Made by a program: the position numbers and the translations under genes
Notes under the pieces: model-generated
Told to the model about the DNA's origin: nothing
The model's database searches: none
The model's input: only the letters and a program-made list of their open reading frames with translations
NCBI GenBank assembly: GCA_963666285.1
Contig: OY762711.1
Direction: 5' to 3' (one strand)
Origin: Sedimentisphaerales bacterium
GTDB lineage: Bacteria; Planctomycetota; Phycisphaerae; Sedimentisphaerales; SM23-30
DNA length: 64,000 nucleotides
In this document: positions 51,872 through 60,990 of the stretch, piece by piece
Layout of the letters: each line of letters starts with the position of its first letter
How positions within the stretch are numbered: position 1 is the stretch's first letter

Positions 51872-52879
51872 ATGGATGCATGGATTAAGGATTTGATGGA
51901 AGACTTAAAAAACTCAATGCGAAAAACTGAGTTTAGTGGTGTTGTTTCTTTGAATGGGCCGGGCTTTGATGGCTTTATCGATGCGTTGGGTTATCGTAAT
52001 GTCGCGGAACAGTTACAAAACAATCCGCAAACTCGTTTTGGCATTGCCTCCGGGACAAAGCTTTTCACTGCTCTAGGGATAGGTAGACTCATTGAAAAAG
52101 GTGCTCTTTCTTTTGAAACAAAAGTCGCTGACATAGATAAAAGCTATTGTGGGTTTGTGGATCCGGATGCAACGATTGAAGAGCTACTCACTCATACTTC
52201 TGGAATTTTTGACTACTTGGATGAAGAAATCATTGAAGACTTCGAAAATTTCTTTGTAAAAATCCCCTGGAACAAGCTGGAATCTCCTACTGATTATTTT
52301 CCTTTATTTGAATTTGAAAAGAAGAAATTCAATCATGGCCAAAGGTTTTCTTATTCAAACGGAGGCTATGTCTTTTTAGGGATCGTGATCGAAAAAATAG
52401 CGAAAATGAAATATGCTGATTTCATGGAACAGGAAGTCCTTGGCCCCGGTAAGATGAGTAGAAGCGGTTTTTTTGCTTTTAACGATTTGCCTCACAATAC
52501 CGCACTTGGCTATAAAAAGAACTCTACACAGACCAATGTTTATAACCTGCCAATACGTGGAGGTGGTGACGGAGGCATGTATACTACCTGTGAAGATTTG
52601 GAGAATTTTTGGAATGCCCTGTTTAATTTTGATATTTTATCTCCCGGGCTAACAAATACGTTTTTAGAAACAAAACACCGGTTTAATGAAAAGAACGGGT
52701 ATGGATGCGGCCTCTACAAGCGTTGTGACGATTCTATCTTTAGAATTGTTGGCGTGGACGCCGGTGTCGGGTTTGAGTCTTTGCATTTGCCGCAGAAAAA
52801 AATTACTATCACCGTTTTTAGTAATGTATCTGGGGGAGAACAGGCTGTCAGAGAAGTGATAAAGAGTCATCTTCCATAA
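51872..52879 (+). CDS. Serine hydrolase, beta-lactamase/PBP-like family
   Basis: IASGTK (SxxK), LLTHTSG, FSYSNGGY (YxN); AAGGAG RBS. Confidence 0.9.
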   Translation: MDAWIKDLMEDLKNSMRKTEFSGVVSLNGPGFDGFIDALGYRNVAEQLQNNPQTRFGIASGTKLFTALGIGRLIEKGALSFETKVADIDKSYCGFVDPDATIEELLTHTSGIFDYLDEEIIEDFENFFVKIPWNKLESPTDYFPLFEFEKKKFNHGQRFSYSNGGYVFLGIVIEKIAKMKYADFMEQEVLGPGKMSRSGFFAFNDLPHNTALGYKKNSTQTNVYNLPIRGGGDGGMYTTCEDLENFWNALFNFDILSPGLTNTFLETKHRFNEKNGYGCGLYKRCDDSIFRIVGVDAGVGFESLHLPQKKITITVFSNVSGGEQAVREVIKSHLP

Positions 52880-53218
52880 AAGAATCAAAATCTTCGGGCA
52901 AAATTTTGTCTGTTAACCCAATTTACTCAGTGACTCTTTTGCTATTAACCAGCAGATTTGCATGAAAAATAGTAACCCAATGGTTAACAGAGTCATAACA
53001 GATTAACCTTTTTCTGCACACTTGCAAATAATCCAAATTCGTCTATAATAAGCATTAATCGCATGTGACAAGTTTAGAACGCAGCTTATAAACACCCTAT
53101 TCTTATAACAAAATGCCCATTTAGGATTACTTCTCTTATTCACTTGTCAGATTTCCGAATTCAGTGGAACGGGAAGGGAAGTTGCCTTATCTTAAAACCG
53201 TTAAGCGATGCTCTATGG

Positions 53219-53932
53219 TTAATCTCTACCTGGAAGAGAACTGTCATTCTCATTAAAAGATAAAACAAGATTATTGAAGTTGCTATTATACTCAGGCCCC
53301 ACAAAGAAAAAACGATCAATAATTTGCTCCTCTTGTTTATAGCATACATATACAGCCATCGTTATCTCACTTGGAATCGATTTAAAACTAAAGCAACCTG
53401 TTTTAGTTGTGACAGTTTTATATGTCCCAGTGTCCATACTAATATCCATAGCATGGATACTAACAATAGCGTTACTTATTGGATTACCCTTATCGTTTAG
53501 AACTACCCCATTTAACGTATCATAATCAATTTCCAATTCACTATTGATACCATATGAATATATATATTCCTTATCAATTATGGAAACACGGTTTAAAGTA
53601 ACTAATGATATGAGAAAACCAGGATTATCGATCACACTGAAATTAGGTTTATTAAGAAAGTCTGGCCAACTTCTACCTTCCTTCAAACGAACTTCAAGTA
53701 AAGGTGACCAACTTTCAAAATATCGATAATCTACATTTGCAATAACCCCTCGCTTAATATTAAACTTACTATCAACATAAATACATTCTTCACCCACAGA
53801 ATTGTATATTTTTTCTACACAGGGCAAATAACGAAATAATAAGCATGCAAATATATGAAGTAAAAATACTATAACAAGTAGGATAGTAAAAAATACTATA
53901 AACAATTTAATGAATTTAATATTGACTATCAT
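53219..53932 (-). CDS. Hypothetical membrane-anchored protein with carboxypeptidase-regulatory-like Ig domain
   Basis: N-terminal transmembrane helix; LNGVVLNDKGNPISNAIV...TTKTGCFSF. Confidence 0.55.
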   Translation of the reverse strand: MIVNIKFIKLFIVFFTILLVIVFLLHIFACLLFRYLPCVEKIYNSVGEECIYVDSKFNIKRGVIANVDYRYFESWSPLLEVRLKEGRSWPDFLNKPNFSVIDNPGFLISLVTLNRVSIIDKEYIYSYGINSELEIDYDTLNGVVLNDKGNPISNAIVSIHAMDISMDTGTYKTVTTKTGCFSFKSIPSEITMAVYVCYKQEEQIIDRFFFVGPEYNSNFNNLVLSFNENDSSLPGRD

Positions 53933-53953
53933 ATTATAAACACCTGTTTTTTA

Positions 53954-54281
53954 GTAAACTTTTGCACTTTTCATAGTTTATTTAAGCCGCTGGAGCCAGA
54001 GCATCCAGCAGAAACGTATATTTTTTATCATGAACGGCCGAATTACCGAACATATATTTAATTCTTTCGCTTCAAAGCTCCCTTCTGAGGTTAGTAATAG
54101 CATCGGCGAAGCTAGGAGTCTCTTTGTGTTGATACTATGGCTGAACAAAGAAGTATTGTTCATTGGGCTTCTTGGTCAGATACCTCAACCAGACCTTCGA
54201 ATACAGCCAGAGTCCAAGACCTGCGGCTCTTTCTGGACCTTTGCCTTTATATGTCTGAGGCTGTTGAACACCGAGTAACCA
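53954..54281 (-). pseudogene. DDE transposase C-terminal remnant (IS701-like) with terminal repeat
   Basis: One frame reads LLGVQQPQTYKGKGPERAAGLGLWLYSKVW...P*YQHKETPSFADAITNLRREL*SERI...LAPAA*. The two stops fall where Trp is expected (PWY..K..PSFAD...LRRELW). It is followed by the end-like sequence GTAAACTTTTGCACTTTT (53954-53971). Confidence 0.7.
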
Positions 54282-54500
54282 GTTTGACATAAAACAAATG
54301 CTTGAAAAAATTCCCAAGCTGGCTAACCTTTTATCTCTGTTTTGGACGTAAGTGTATTTTTTCAACCTGCTGGTTAATAGAGTAGAGTCATTGTTTTTCT
54401 ATTCAGTTTTTAATGAACTATTAATTTGCTGTGATATAGCCGAAAAGCTCTTTCTCTGAGCCGTTCCAAAACTCAACACTGCACTTATTAATGAAGAGAG

Positions 54501-54914
54501 CTACTCGTCTTCTTTAGTTAGAAATTTAAAAAGACTACTCTCCCAGCTTTGGTTGAGATAATCAGAAATTGAGACTTTCGACCAGTTCATAGCACCATGA
54601 GGCCTAACCGACCAATAGTAATTGAGATTATTTTTAAGTTGAATTGGAAGTTGATATTCAATGTCAACAATTTTTTCGACATAATGAATGCGTTTGCCAA
54701 CAGCATATCTTTTTTCCGAAGGAATCCAAATTGATTCCCAGACAGCTAAGTCATAGCTTTTAGAATCATTATACGGTTTCCACTTTAATATTGGAGTCAA
54801 TGTCGGCTCAATTAAGTCTGGTTCCACATAACTATATTTTGTAGAGACGCAACCACTTATAAATACGACATATAGTATTATTAAGAAATACTTTTTCATA
54901 CATTTATTGTTCAC
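54501..54914 (-). CDS. Hypothetical lipoprotein (FN3-like; probable start 54899)
   Basis: MKKYFLIILYVVFISGC lipobox; TPILKW...YYWSVR pattern. Confidence 0.6.
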   Translation of the reverse strand: MNNKCMKKYFLIILYVVFISGCVSTKYSYVEPDLIEPTLTPILKWKPYNDSKSYDLAVWESIWIPSEKRYAVGKRIHYVEKIVDIEYQLPIQLKNNLNYYWSVRPHGAMNWSKVSISDYLNQSWESSLFKFLTKEDE

Positions 54915-55812
54915 TTTCAGTATTATTTGTAGTGTTGATTACATAAACCTCTTCATTCGGCGATAGATTCTTAACTATATTTTTCATCTCCCTATCTAAA
55001 CAATATATTTTGCCAGATTCAGGAATGGTAAATAGTTGATCAACATGGCTAGATTGTATTGTATACCCTGTACCATAATATGTAGTTTTGGTAAATCCAG
55101 ATAAAATATAATTACCTGGCTCTAAACCAAAAACAAAAATACGCTCATTTCCTATATTTAATGCAGATGCTATTTCAAATTCCTTTTTTGTTTTGGTATT
55201 CATAATATTAGCCCGTTCCTCAACCCTATGCCATGATTCTTTTCTACTATCAATTGAGCTAGCAGAAACAAAAAGCAAGGAGCTTGTATTCTGAAACTGT
55301 CTTTCTGTAGCATATGCTTCTAGTTGTGCCATTGCAGTTTTAATACTTGCTTTCAAATTATCCCAACATGGAAAGAAAGGATGAACGCAATTTCCCCGAC
55401 TGACTGTAGAGTGCATTATATAAGATCTAAATATTTCATTATTGGTTTTATTATCACAAAGCTGCCAGACTGAAACAATTGAAGGACGAACACATTCTGG
55501 ACATAGGTTATCACATATTCTTGCAGATATTTTCAATTCAAAATCTGCATCATCTTGAACAGTGGAAAATTGATTAGAACTATCAAATGATTCTATTACA
55601 TTTTTTTCATATTCATTAAGTAGTTCACTCATTTCCTCATCACCAACATCAGAGCAAAGTGGAACAATGGAAATACTAACAGTATTATCAAAAGGTGTTT
55701 TAGACACAAAATCTTTAACAGGAAATGAAACACATCCGGTAATACATGTTATGGATAACATCAAAATAATTAAAAATAAAATCTGCTTAAATATAATTTT
55801 ATAAATTACCAT
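54904..55812 (-). CDS. Hypothetical lipoprotein
   Basis: Lipobox ITGC; GGAG RBS; 302-aa ORF in AT-rich DNA. Confidence 0.6.
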   Translation of the reverse strand: MVIYKIIFKQILFLIILMLSITCITGCVSFPVKDFVSKTPFDNTVSISIVPLCSDVGDEEMSELLNEYEKNVIESFDSSNQFSTVQDDADFELKISARICDNLCPECVRPSIVSVWQLCDNKTNNEIFRSYIMHSTVSRGNCVHPFFPCWDNLKASIKTAMAQLEAYATERQFQNTSSLLFVSASSIDSRKESWHRVEERANIMNTKTKKEFEIASALNIGNERIFVFGLEPGNYILSGFTKTTYYGTGYTIQSSHVDQLFTIPESGKIYCLDREMKNIVKNLSPNEEVYVINTTNNTESEQ

Positions 55813-55910
55813 ATAGGCTCCATTTTGTAACTCAATAATAAGTAAATATCTAATTTGTTAATGTACCAAGCCAAAATATGTATTATTACTCTTTTTGACT
55901 TAATTGCAAT

Positions 55911-55941
55911 AAAAATCCTGCACCATGTGAGATGCAGGATT
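55911..55941 (-). terminator. Terminator-like hairpin downstream of the tRNA remnant
   Basis: AATCCTGCA...TGCAGGATT followed by a T-run on the minus strand. Confidence 0.55.
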
Positions 55942-55960
55942 ATGCACCCTATGTGGTGCA

Positions 55961-56050
55961 TAGCTCCCCGAACTGGACTTCCGCCAGAGGCGGACGATGC
56001 TCCCCTGTATCCTAGCGGTTAATCAGCCTGAGGCGAACTCGCGATACCGA
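55961..56050 (-). pseudogene. Degenerate tRNA-Asn-like remnant interrupted by short palindromes (possible att site)
   Basis: Minus strand GGTATCGCGAG-[TTCGCCTCAGGCTGA]-TTAACCGCTAGG...[TCCGCCTCTGGCGGA]-AGTCCAGTTCGGGGAGC. This resembles the tRNA-Asn D-arm end, anticodon-arm 3' side, T-stem 3' strand and acceptor end. Confidence 0.55.
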
Positions 56051-56294
56051 ATTTCTTATCCAGCCATTGTTTGCCTTGGCCGGATTTAAGTTGTTTCTCA
56101 CGGTTCATTGCTTCTGATCGGGTATCAAATAATTCTTTGTGAAGAAGTTCCCATTTACCAGGATATTTACTGGTATAGCGATGTTTGTTTTGGCTTAGAC
56201 CATTATGCTCAGCGATTCTTCTTTCCAGATTGTCAGTCTGGCCGATATAACGCTTCCCAGCTTCTTTGTTGATGATTACGTACACCCAAAACAT
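56019..56294 (-). CDS. Small GIY-YIG nuclease family protein
   Basis: WVYVI...RYIGQTDNLERRIAEHN...RSEAMNREKQLKSGQG; GGAG RBS. Confidence 0.92.
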   Translation of the reverse strand: MFWVYVIINKEAGKRYIGQTDNLERRIAEHNGLSQNKHRYTSKYPGKWELLHKELFDTRSEAMNREKQLKSGQGKQWLDKKFGIASSPQAD

Positions 56295-56308
56295 TAATAC
56301 ACTCCATT

Positions 56309-56344
56309 AAAAAAGGCACTGCAAGATTTACTCTCACAGTGCCT
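56309..56344 (-). terminator. Intrinsic terminator upstream of the GIY-YIG gene
   Basis: Minus strand AGGCACTGTGAGA-gtaaa-TCTTGCAGTGCCT followed by a T-run. Confidence 0.7.
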
Positions 56345-56347
56345 GAG

Positions 56348-56465
56348 CTCGGCAAACCATCCAGCATTTCCAAATGTCTCTATTCTGAGACTCAGAGAGA
56401 TGTCTCTAATGCTGTTAACCAGTCGGTCAGCCAGTTTCGGTCAAGCTACGATTGCCATATTTGAA
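56348..56465. repeat. Direct repeat copy A (pairs with 56971-57061)
   Basis: CTCGGC..ACCATCC.GCATTT.CAAATGTCTCTA...TGTTAACCAG...CGATTGCCATATT. Confidence 0.75.
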
Positions 56466-56534
56466 TCTATAAAGGCTATTTCCCCGTGAATGTGCCAAAT
56501 CTTATAGTGCATCAGGGGTTAAAAAAGGAACACA

Positions 56535-56930
56535 TCATAACTCGTCTGAATTAGTTTCTTCTTTAGGAAATTTTTCTTTAAGCCATTTTTCAAAATTTCT
56601 ACTAAGACTTCCTGGGTATTGAACTTCATTTTTCTCGGTAGTAGGTGGCAGTTTATCAAAGATTTTCTTATGCGCCTTTTCAAAGTGATCTCGCCATTCC
56701 CATAGAGACTCAATTAATCCAGTACCAGTATAATCTTTATCATAAGATTCTATGCACTCAAAACATTGTTCATGATGAGTTCTCTGTACAGCAATATCTT
56801 TGTGGCATTCATTACAAATAAACAACCTAAAGTTCAACCATTCATCACCGGCATAATAGGTGAATCCTTCTCGATAGCTAATTTCTTTTTTACAAATGCC
56901 GCAAACTTCTGATTTATCATATTTGGTCAC
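56535..56930 (-). CDS. Hypothetical Cys-rich (CxxC x3) putative zinc-binding protein
   Basis: CGIC, CNEC, CFEC; GAGG RBS before the GTG start. Confidence 0.55.
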   Translation of the reverse strand: MTKYDKSEVCGICKKEISYREGFTYYAGDEWLNFRLFICNECHKDIAVQRTHHEQCFECIESYDKDYTGTGLIESLWEWRDHFEKAHKKIFDKLPPTTEKNEVQYPGSLSRNFEKWLKEKFPKEETNSDEL

Positions 56931-56970
56931 AATAAAACCTCGTTATTTCTTAAATGTTGAACCTAAAAAC

Positions 56971-57061
56971 CTCGGCCACCATCCTGCATTTTCAAATGTC
57001 TCTAATGCCTGTTAACCAGCTGTGCCACAGCTTTGGCTAGACTCCGATTGCCATATTCAAA
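56971..57061. repeat. Direct repeat copy B (pairs with 56348-56465)
   Basis: Same conserved blocks as copy A, without the internal duplication. Confidence 0.75.
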
Positions 57062-57129
57062 CAAGTTTGTCGCAATACCATGTCGCGATATGTCGCGATC
57101 ATCTATATTGCTATGTATTTTTTGTTCCA

Positions 57130-58878
57130 TTAGGGTTCCCCAATAACATTTTCTTTTCCAAATATATGTTCAATTTGCTCAATTGCACTCACAGAAAGCT
57201 TTTGAGTGAAGAGTAGAGCAAGTCTCTTTTTAGCCCGTGAACAAGATACATAAAACAAGTTTCGATTACGTTCAAAGGCATCTTCTTTTCCAGCAGGCAC
57301 ACCATTTTTGAACCATTCGAGTAATTTATTCCAGTCATAGTGATTCCAGCCACGACCGCAAACAACGAGAACTTCGTCAAACTCAGCACCTTTAACGCCA
57401 TGTTTTGTTGAAAATGGTGTTTTGTCTTCTACGTAATGGTAAAGATTGATTACTTCAGAATAAGGCACTGCTTCTAACTTGCGTATTTTTTTTGCAAATT
57501 TTTCATCAGCCTCTTCAATATCCTCTCCAGCAACCTCCGCATTAGATATTTTTACCAATCTTTCTTCTGCGGCAGCAACTTTTGCTGATAAAAGAGGATG
57601 AGACGTGTCATTTAGAAGCTTGAGTACATCGCGTATTGTACCAATTTTCCGAAGCTCTATAAGTTTCTTCAAATCAGATGACCATGCAATCTTGTCTTGT
57701 TGACATGAAAGTCTAGGATGTTTTTTGCCGAGGACAGAAAACATCTCTCCATAGTGCCCAACTAAAAAGTGCTCGTACATAGGTTCTACTGTTTCCAAGA
57801 AAAATTTAATATAATGGTCATTCTTTTTTAGATAATCATCCGTATCTCGAAAACATGCAGTTAAATTACGGTAATTTTGTTCAGATGCCAAAACATTATT
57901 TGTCAGCATTAAAATTTTAGAACTGTCAGTGTTAAGGCTCCATCCACATGCCTTTAAGTTTGTGATTGCCCTTTCAAGGTATTCGTGAGCGTTTGTTTCT
58001 GGCAGGTCTTGTTGCCAGTGGTTTTGTGTCCTTCTCTCACCCTGATATTCATTAGAATGGAATACATAAATACTACCGTTTGAATTTGGGTCCATTTCAT
58101 GTTGTGGAAGGTCTGGTCTCATCCGATTCAAACATTCTACAATATTCTTCTCTGAGCGAAAGTTGGCATTTTTTCCGATAACCTGAATCTTTTCGCTTTC
58201 TATAAGACCGCATGCTTTAGTCCCATAGATTTTTTGCCAGTGATCACCGAAAAGCCCGACCAGCATACCAGAAGAGTTTTCGATAAGGTTAGAAACCAAT
58301 GAGGCAGCAAGGCCAATATTTGTATCCTGATATTCATCAATGAACAATACAGGATATTTAGATTTCAACAATGATTGAAATTTAGGTTTCTCAAGAAGTT
58401 GAGCCATTATTTTGATTACATCATCATGGTGAAGCTCAATAATGTCTTCGTTGGCTTTTGGATATCCAAGGTCATAAATTACTTTCTGCGACTTGAGACC
58501 TCCTGCTTCTTCAATGCGGGCTGCCCATTTGTCGCTTAGGTCTGGCACAAGTAATCTTATTGCAGATTGAAATCCTTTTAATAAACTCCATGAGAAAGCA
58601 TGGATGGTGTCAGTGAAAATTACAGGGTGATTGTCAGTCCGATCACGTATTTCGTCGGCTGCAACATTGGTATAGGTAATACACGCAATTTTTTGCCCGC
58701 TCTTTTCAAACTCAGCAGCCCTGTTGTCGATGTAATACTTTAATGCTTCTACTAACGAATAAGTTTTACCCGCACCTGCACCTGCTTCTACGCGAAAGCA
58801 GGAATTTTCATTTATCGCAGCGAACATTTCATCCGAAGCCCTTTGTGCTGCCTCTAATGCTGGATTAGTGTCGCTCAT
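57130..58878 (-). CDS. UvrD/SF1 helicase-like protein (Gabija GajB-like)
   Basis: AGAGAGKT, CITYTN, IDEYQD, GDHWQKIY, NFRS, STKHGVKGAEFD, LFYVSCSRAK; ATGA overlap with the OLD gene. Confidence 0.88.
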   Translation of the reverse strand: MSDTNPALEAAQRASDEMFAAINENSCFRVEAGAGAGKTYSLVEALKYYIDNRAAEFEKSGQKIACITYTNVAADEIRDRTDNHPVIFTDTIHAFSWSLLKGFQSAIRLLVPDLSDKWAARIEEAGGLKSQKVIYDLGYPKANEDIIELHHDDVIKIMAQLLEKPKFQSLLKSKYPVLFIDEYQDTNIGLAASLVSNLIENSSGMLVGLFGDHWQKIYGTKACGLIESEKIQVIGKNANFRSEKNIVECLNRMRPDLPQHEMDPNSNGSIYVFHSNEYQGERRTQNHWQQDLPETNAHEYLERAITNLKACGWSLNTDSSKILMLTNNVLASEQNYRNLTACFRDTDDYLKKNDHYIKFFLETVEPMYEHFLVGHYGEMFSVLGKKHPRLSCQQDKIAWSSDLKKLIELRKIGTIRDVLKLLNDTSHPLLSAKVAAAEERLVKISNAEVAGEDIEEADEKFAKKIRKLEAVPYSEVINLYHYVEDKTPFSTKHGVKGAEFDEVLVVCGRGWNHYDWNKLLEWFKNGVPAGKEDAFERNRNLFYVSCSRAKKRLALLFTQKLSVSAIEQIEHIFGKENVIGEP

Positions 58879-60908
58879 TTGTCCTCTCCCTCAGTTTCTT
58901 CGGCAATAAGCTCTACTTCATCTGCCAGCCAGACAAGGCCTTCTTCAATATACTTGGGAATCTCCCACTCGGTTTCTTCAATCGCGTATTTGATAGCAAA
59001 ATCGGGCTTGCCTGAATCGCCGATTTTCTTAGCTTTATCAAACGCTTCTTTTTCAAGTAAAGTATCGTCAGTTTCTGTAAGGTCAAAGAGTGATTTGTTA
59101 GCTAACATAAATGCGTCTTCAAAACTTCTGCCGCAGGCGGTAGAGCTATCCTCTGGTACTTGGTAAGATAACCGCCGCTTTCCATTCACCTTGTCTTTGT
59201 CGCCTTTTTCTCTGATCGCAGCTAAATCCATATATCCATCTTCTCCAAACCAATTAGAGATTCCCGTATTACTGGAGTGTGTTCCATCACTTACAGGGGC
59301 ACCGCAATAACTGGTTCGTTCGACGTCGTTTTTGTCCTTCTTTGTTTCAGATTTCACAGAATCAAGATCGGTGATAATCAAGGTTTGCAGTTCTAAGAAA
59401 TCAATGAATTTGAAAAAACGCTGGGCATATGCACCGCCTATTTCAACTATTGACATGTAGCTACGTCGCAGATTTTTAGAATGCTTCTCGTCAACTTTTT
59501 TTATAATTTGGGGTGTTAAAATTCTTTCCGTAGCACCTTCGACAAAAACGGCTTTATCTGCGAAATACAGATCGCATTTGGTAAGCGTCATATATTTATG
59601 AACGAAGTCTCGATCTTCTTTCTCAGCCTCCGGGTCAAATATTGTACTTAAGTCCTTTACCTTGGTACCGGCTTCATCTTTCGATAGAAAATAGCGTACT
59701 TTATTAAAATCAACCTCATTAGCCAGGTGAGTCGAGTGCGTACTTACCACGAATTGGACCGGCCATTTGTGGTAAGAGTGGAGGCTTTTTTCAAATTCTG
59801 CAACAATCAGGTCTAACTGCCGTATAAAAACTTCCTGCATTTGCGGATGAAGGTGTGCTTCAGGCTCTTCAATAAAAATAACGTGTCCTTTTGGTGTCTG
59901 TTCTGCTGATTGATATTGCCTGAAAAATTCATAAATTTGGAATAAGATGTAAATAAGATTTCTAAAACCAAGGCCGTTATAAGTTTCTGGCAAAGTAAAG
60001 TGTTCGCTTTTCTGGTAAAAAACTCGGGTATTACTCTCAAGCAATGATTTTACATTCAACTCTGTCTGTGCACTTAGATTAGGGTCATTAAGTCCAGGAT
60101 AGCCGAACAATTCAAGGGACGGGAGCAGTTCTTTTAGTTTTCCCTGAAAATCAGTATCTACTTTAGTTTGCAGTTCATCAACAACATCATTTATCTCAGA
60201 TGATTTAGCTTTGAACTCTTCAGGAGCACTTTCCGATGACGCACTTTTGAAAATATTCCCCAGAGACTTCCCCAGTACATCTTTTTCGTTGTGGGTTTCG
60301 TCATCAAGACCACGCTGAGCGTTAATGAAATCCGACAAAAGAACCCGTTTAACCTTAGCGAAATCAACGGATACAAAGTTATTTACATTGCCTGGCTCAA
60401 CAGCAAAAGCTTTTATTTCAAAATACTTGGCAATCCGTTTTTTTAGGTCTTTGGAATAAGCTGACATGTTTTCCGTTTCCAGCCCCTCAAGTAGTGGCTG
60501 GATTTTCCCATCCTTAACTTGGTAACTGATACGAATAATGGTCTCAACTCTGGTCTCATCAAGATCAAGAATAAAATCTCCGAGGGTGCCGTAGTCGTCT
60601 TGATTGTCTTCATAGTTCAGTAATATCTCTAACTCTATCGATGGAATAAGCTTCCTTATGTCTGCTTCATCATGTCCTCCTTGGGTATAAACAGCTTGTG
60701 CATTTTTAAATTCCATAAGCGATGCAATATTAAAGTCCTCGTAGCTGACCTTGGGAGGCTTATCTGACAGAAAACTCCTGAAAATTTCCGTAAGCGATGT
60801 TTTCCCTGTATTATTCCGCCCAACTATAACAGTACTCTTATCTGAAAAGCTAAGAGATACATCTTTAAGAAGCCTGTAATTTTTAACCTTTAATTCTATG
60901 ATTTTCAT
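58875..60908 (-). CDS. OLD-family ATP-dependent endonuclease (ABC ATPase + TOPRIM; Gabija GajA-like)
   Basis: VGRNNTGKT, IEEPEAHLHPQMQ, STHS, VFVEGATE, ITDLDS, RSFEDA. Confidence 0.9.
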   Translation of the reverse strand: MKIIELKVKNYRLLKDVSLSFSDKSTVIVGRNNTGKTSLTEIFRSFLSDKPPKVSYEDFNIASLMEFKNAQAVYTQGGHDEADIRKLIPSIELEILLNYEDNQDDYGTLGDFILDLDETRVETIIRISYQVKDGKIQPLLEGLETENMSAYSKDLKKRIAKYFEIKAFAVEPGNVNNFVSVDFAKVKRVLLSDFINAQRGLDDETHNEKDVLGKSLGNIFKSASSESAPEEFKAKSSEINDVVDELQTKVDTDFQGKLKELLPSLELFGYPGLNDPNLSAQTELNVKSLLESNTRVFYQKSEHFTLPETYNGLGFRNLIYILFQIYEFFRQYQSAEQTPKGHVIFIEEPEAHLHPQMQEVFIRQLDLIVAEFEKSLHSYHKWPVQFVVSTHSTHLANEVDFNKVRYFLSKDEAGTKVKDLSTIFDPEAEKEDRDFVHKYMTLTKCDLYFADKAVFVEGATERILTPQIIKKVDEKHSKNLRRSYMSIVEIGGAYAQRFFKFIDFLELQTLIITDLDSVKSETKKDKNDVERTSYCGAPVSDGTHSSNTGISNWFGEDGYMDLAAIREKGDKDKVNGKRRLSYQVPEDSSTACGRSFEDAFMLANKSLFDLTETDDTLLEKEAFDKAKKIGDSGKPDFAIKYAIEETEWEIPKYIEEGLVWLADEVELIAEETEGEDK

Positions 60909-60990
60909 AATATGTCACTTAGCAAAATTTTGTGTATTTTCAAATATACTTATGATATGAAGCAATTGCCTTTGCTTCATATCATATTTC

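Noticed and set aside
51872..52879. Antibiotic-resistance beta-lactamase
   Set aside because: SxxK and YxN are present, but the third motif is atypical and this family includes many esterases and peptidases, so resistance cannot be inferred.
54135..54365. 76-aa ORF as a real gene
   Set aside because: It is a chimera of non-coding repeat sequence and the transposase remnant frame.
55961..56050. Functional tRNA gene
   Set aside because: The 5' acceptor strand, intact anticodon loop and TTCGA T-loop are missing, so it is only a remnant.
56411..56428. GCTGTTAACCAGTCGGTC resembling a tRNA-Asn anticodon arm on the plus strand
   Set aside because: The match is short, is in the opposite orientation to the main remnant and has no flanking tRNA arms; it could be chance.
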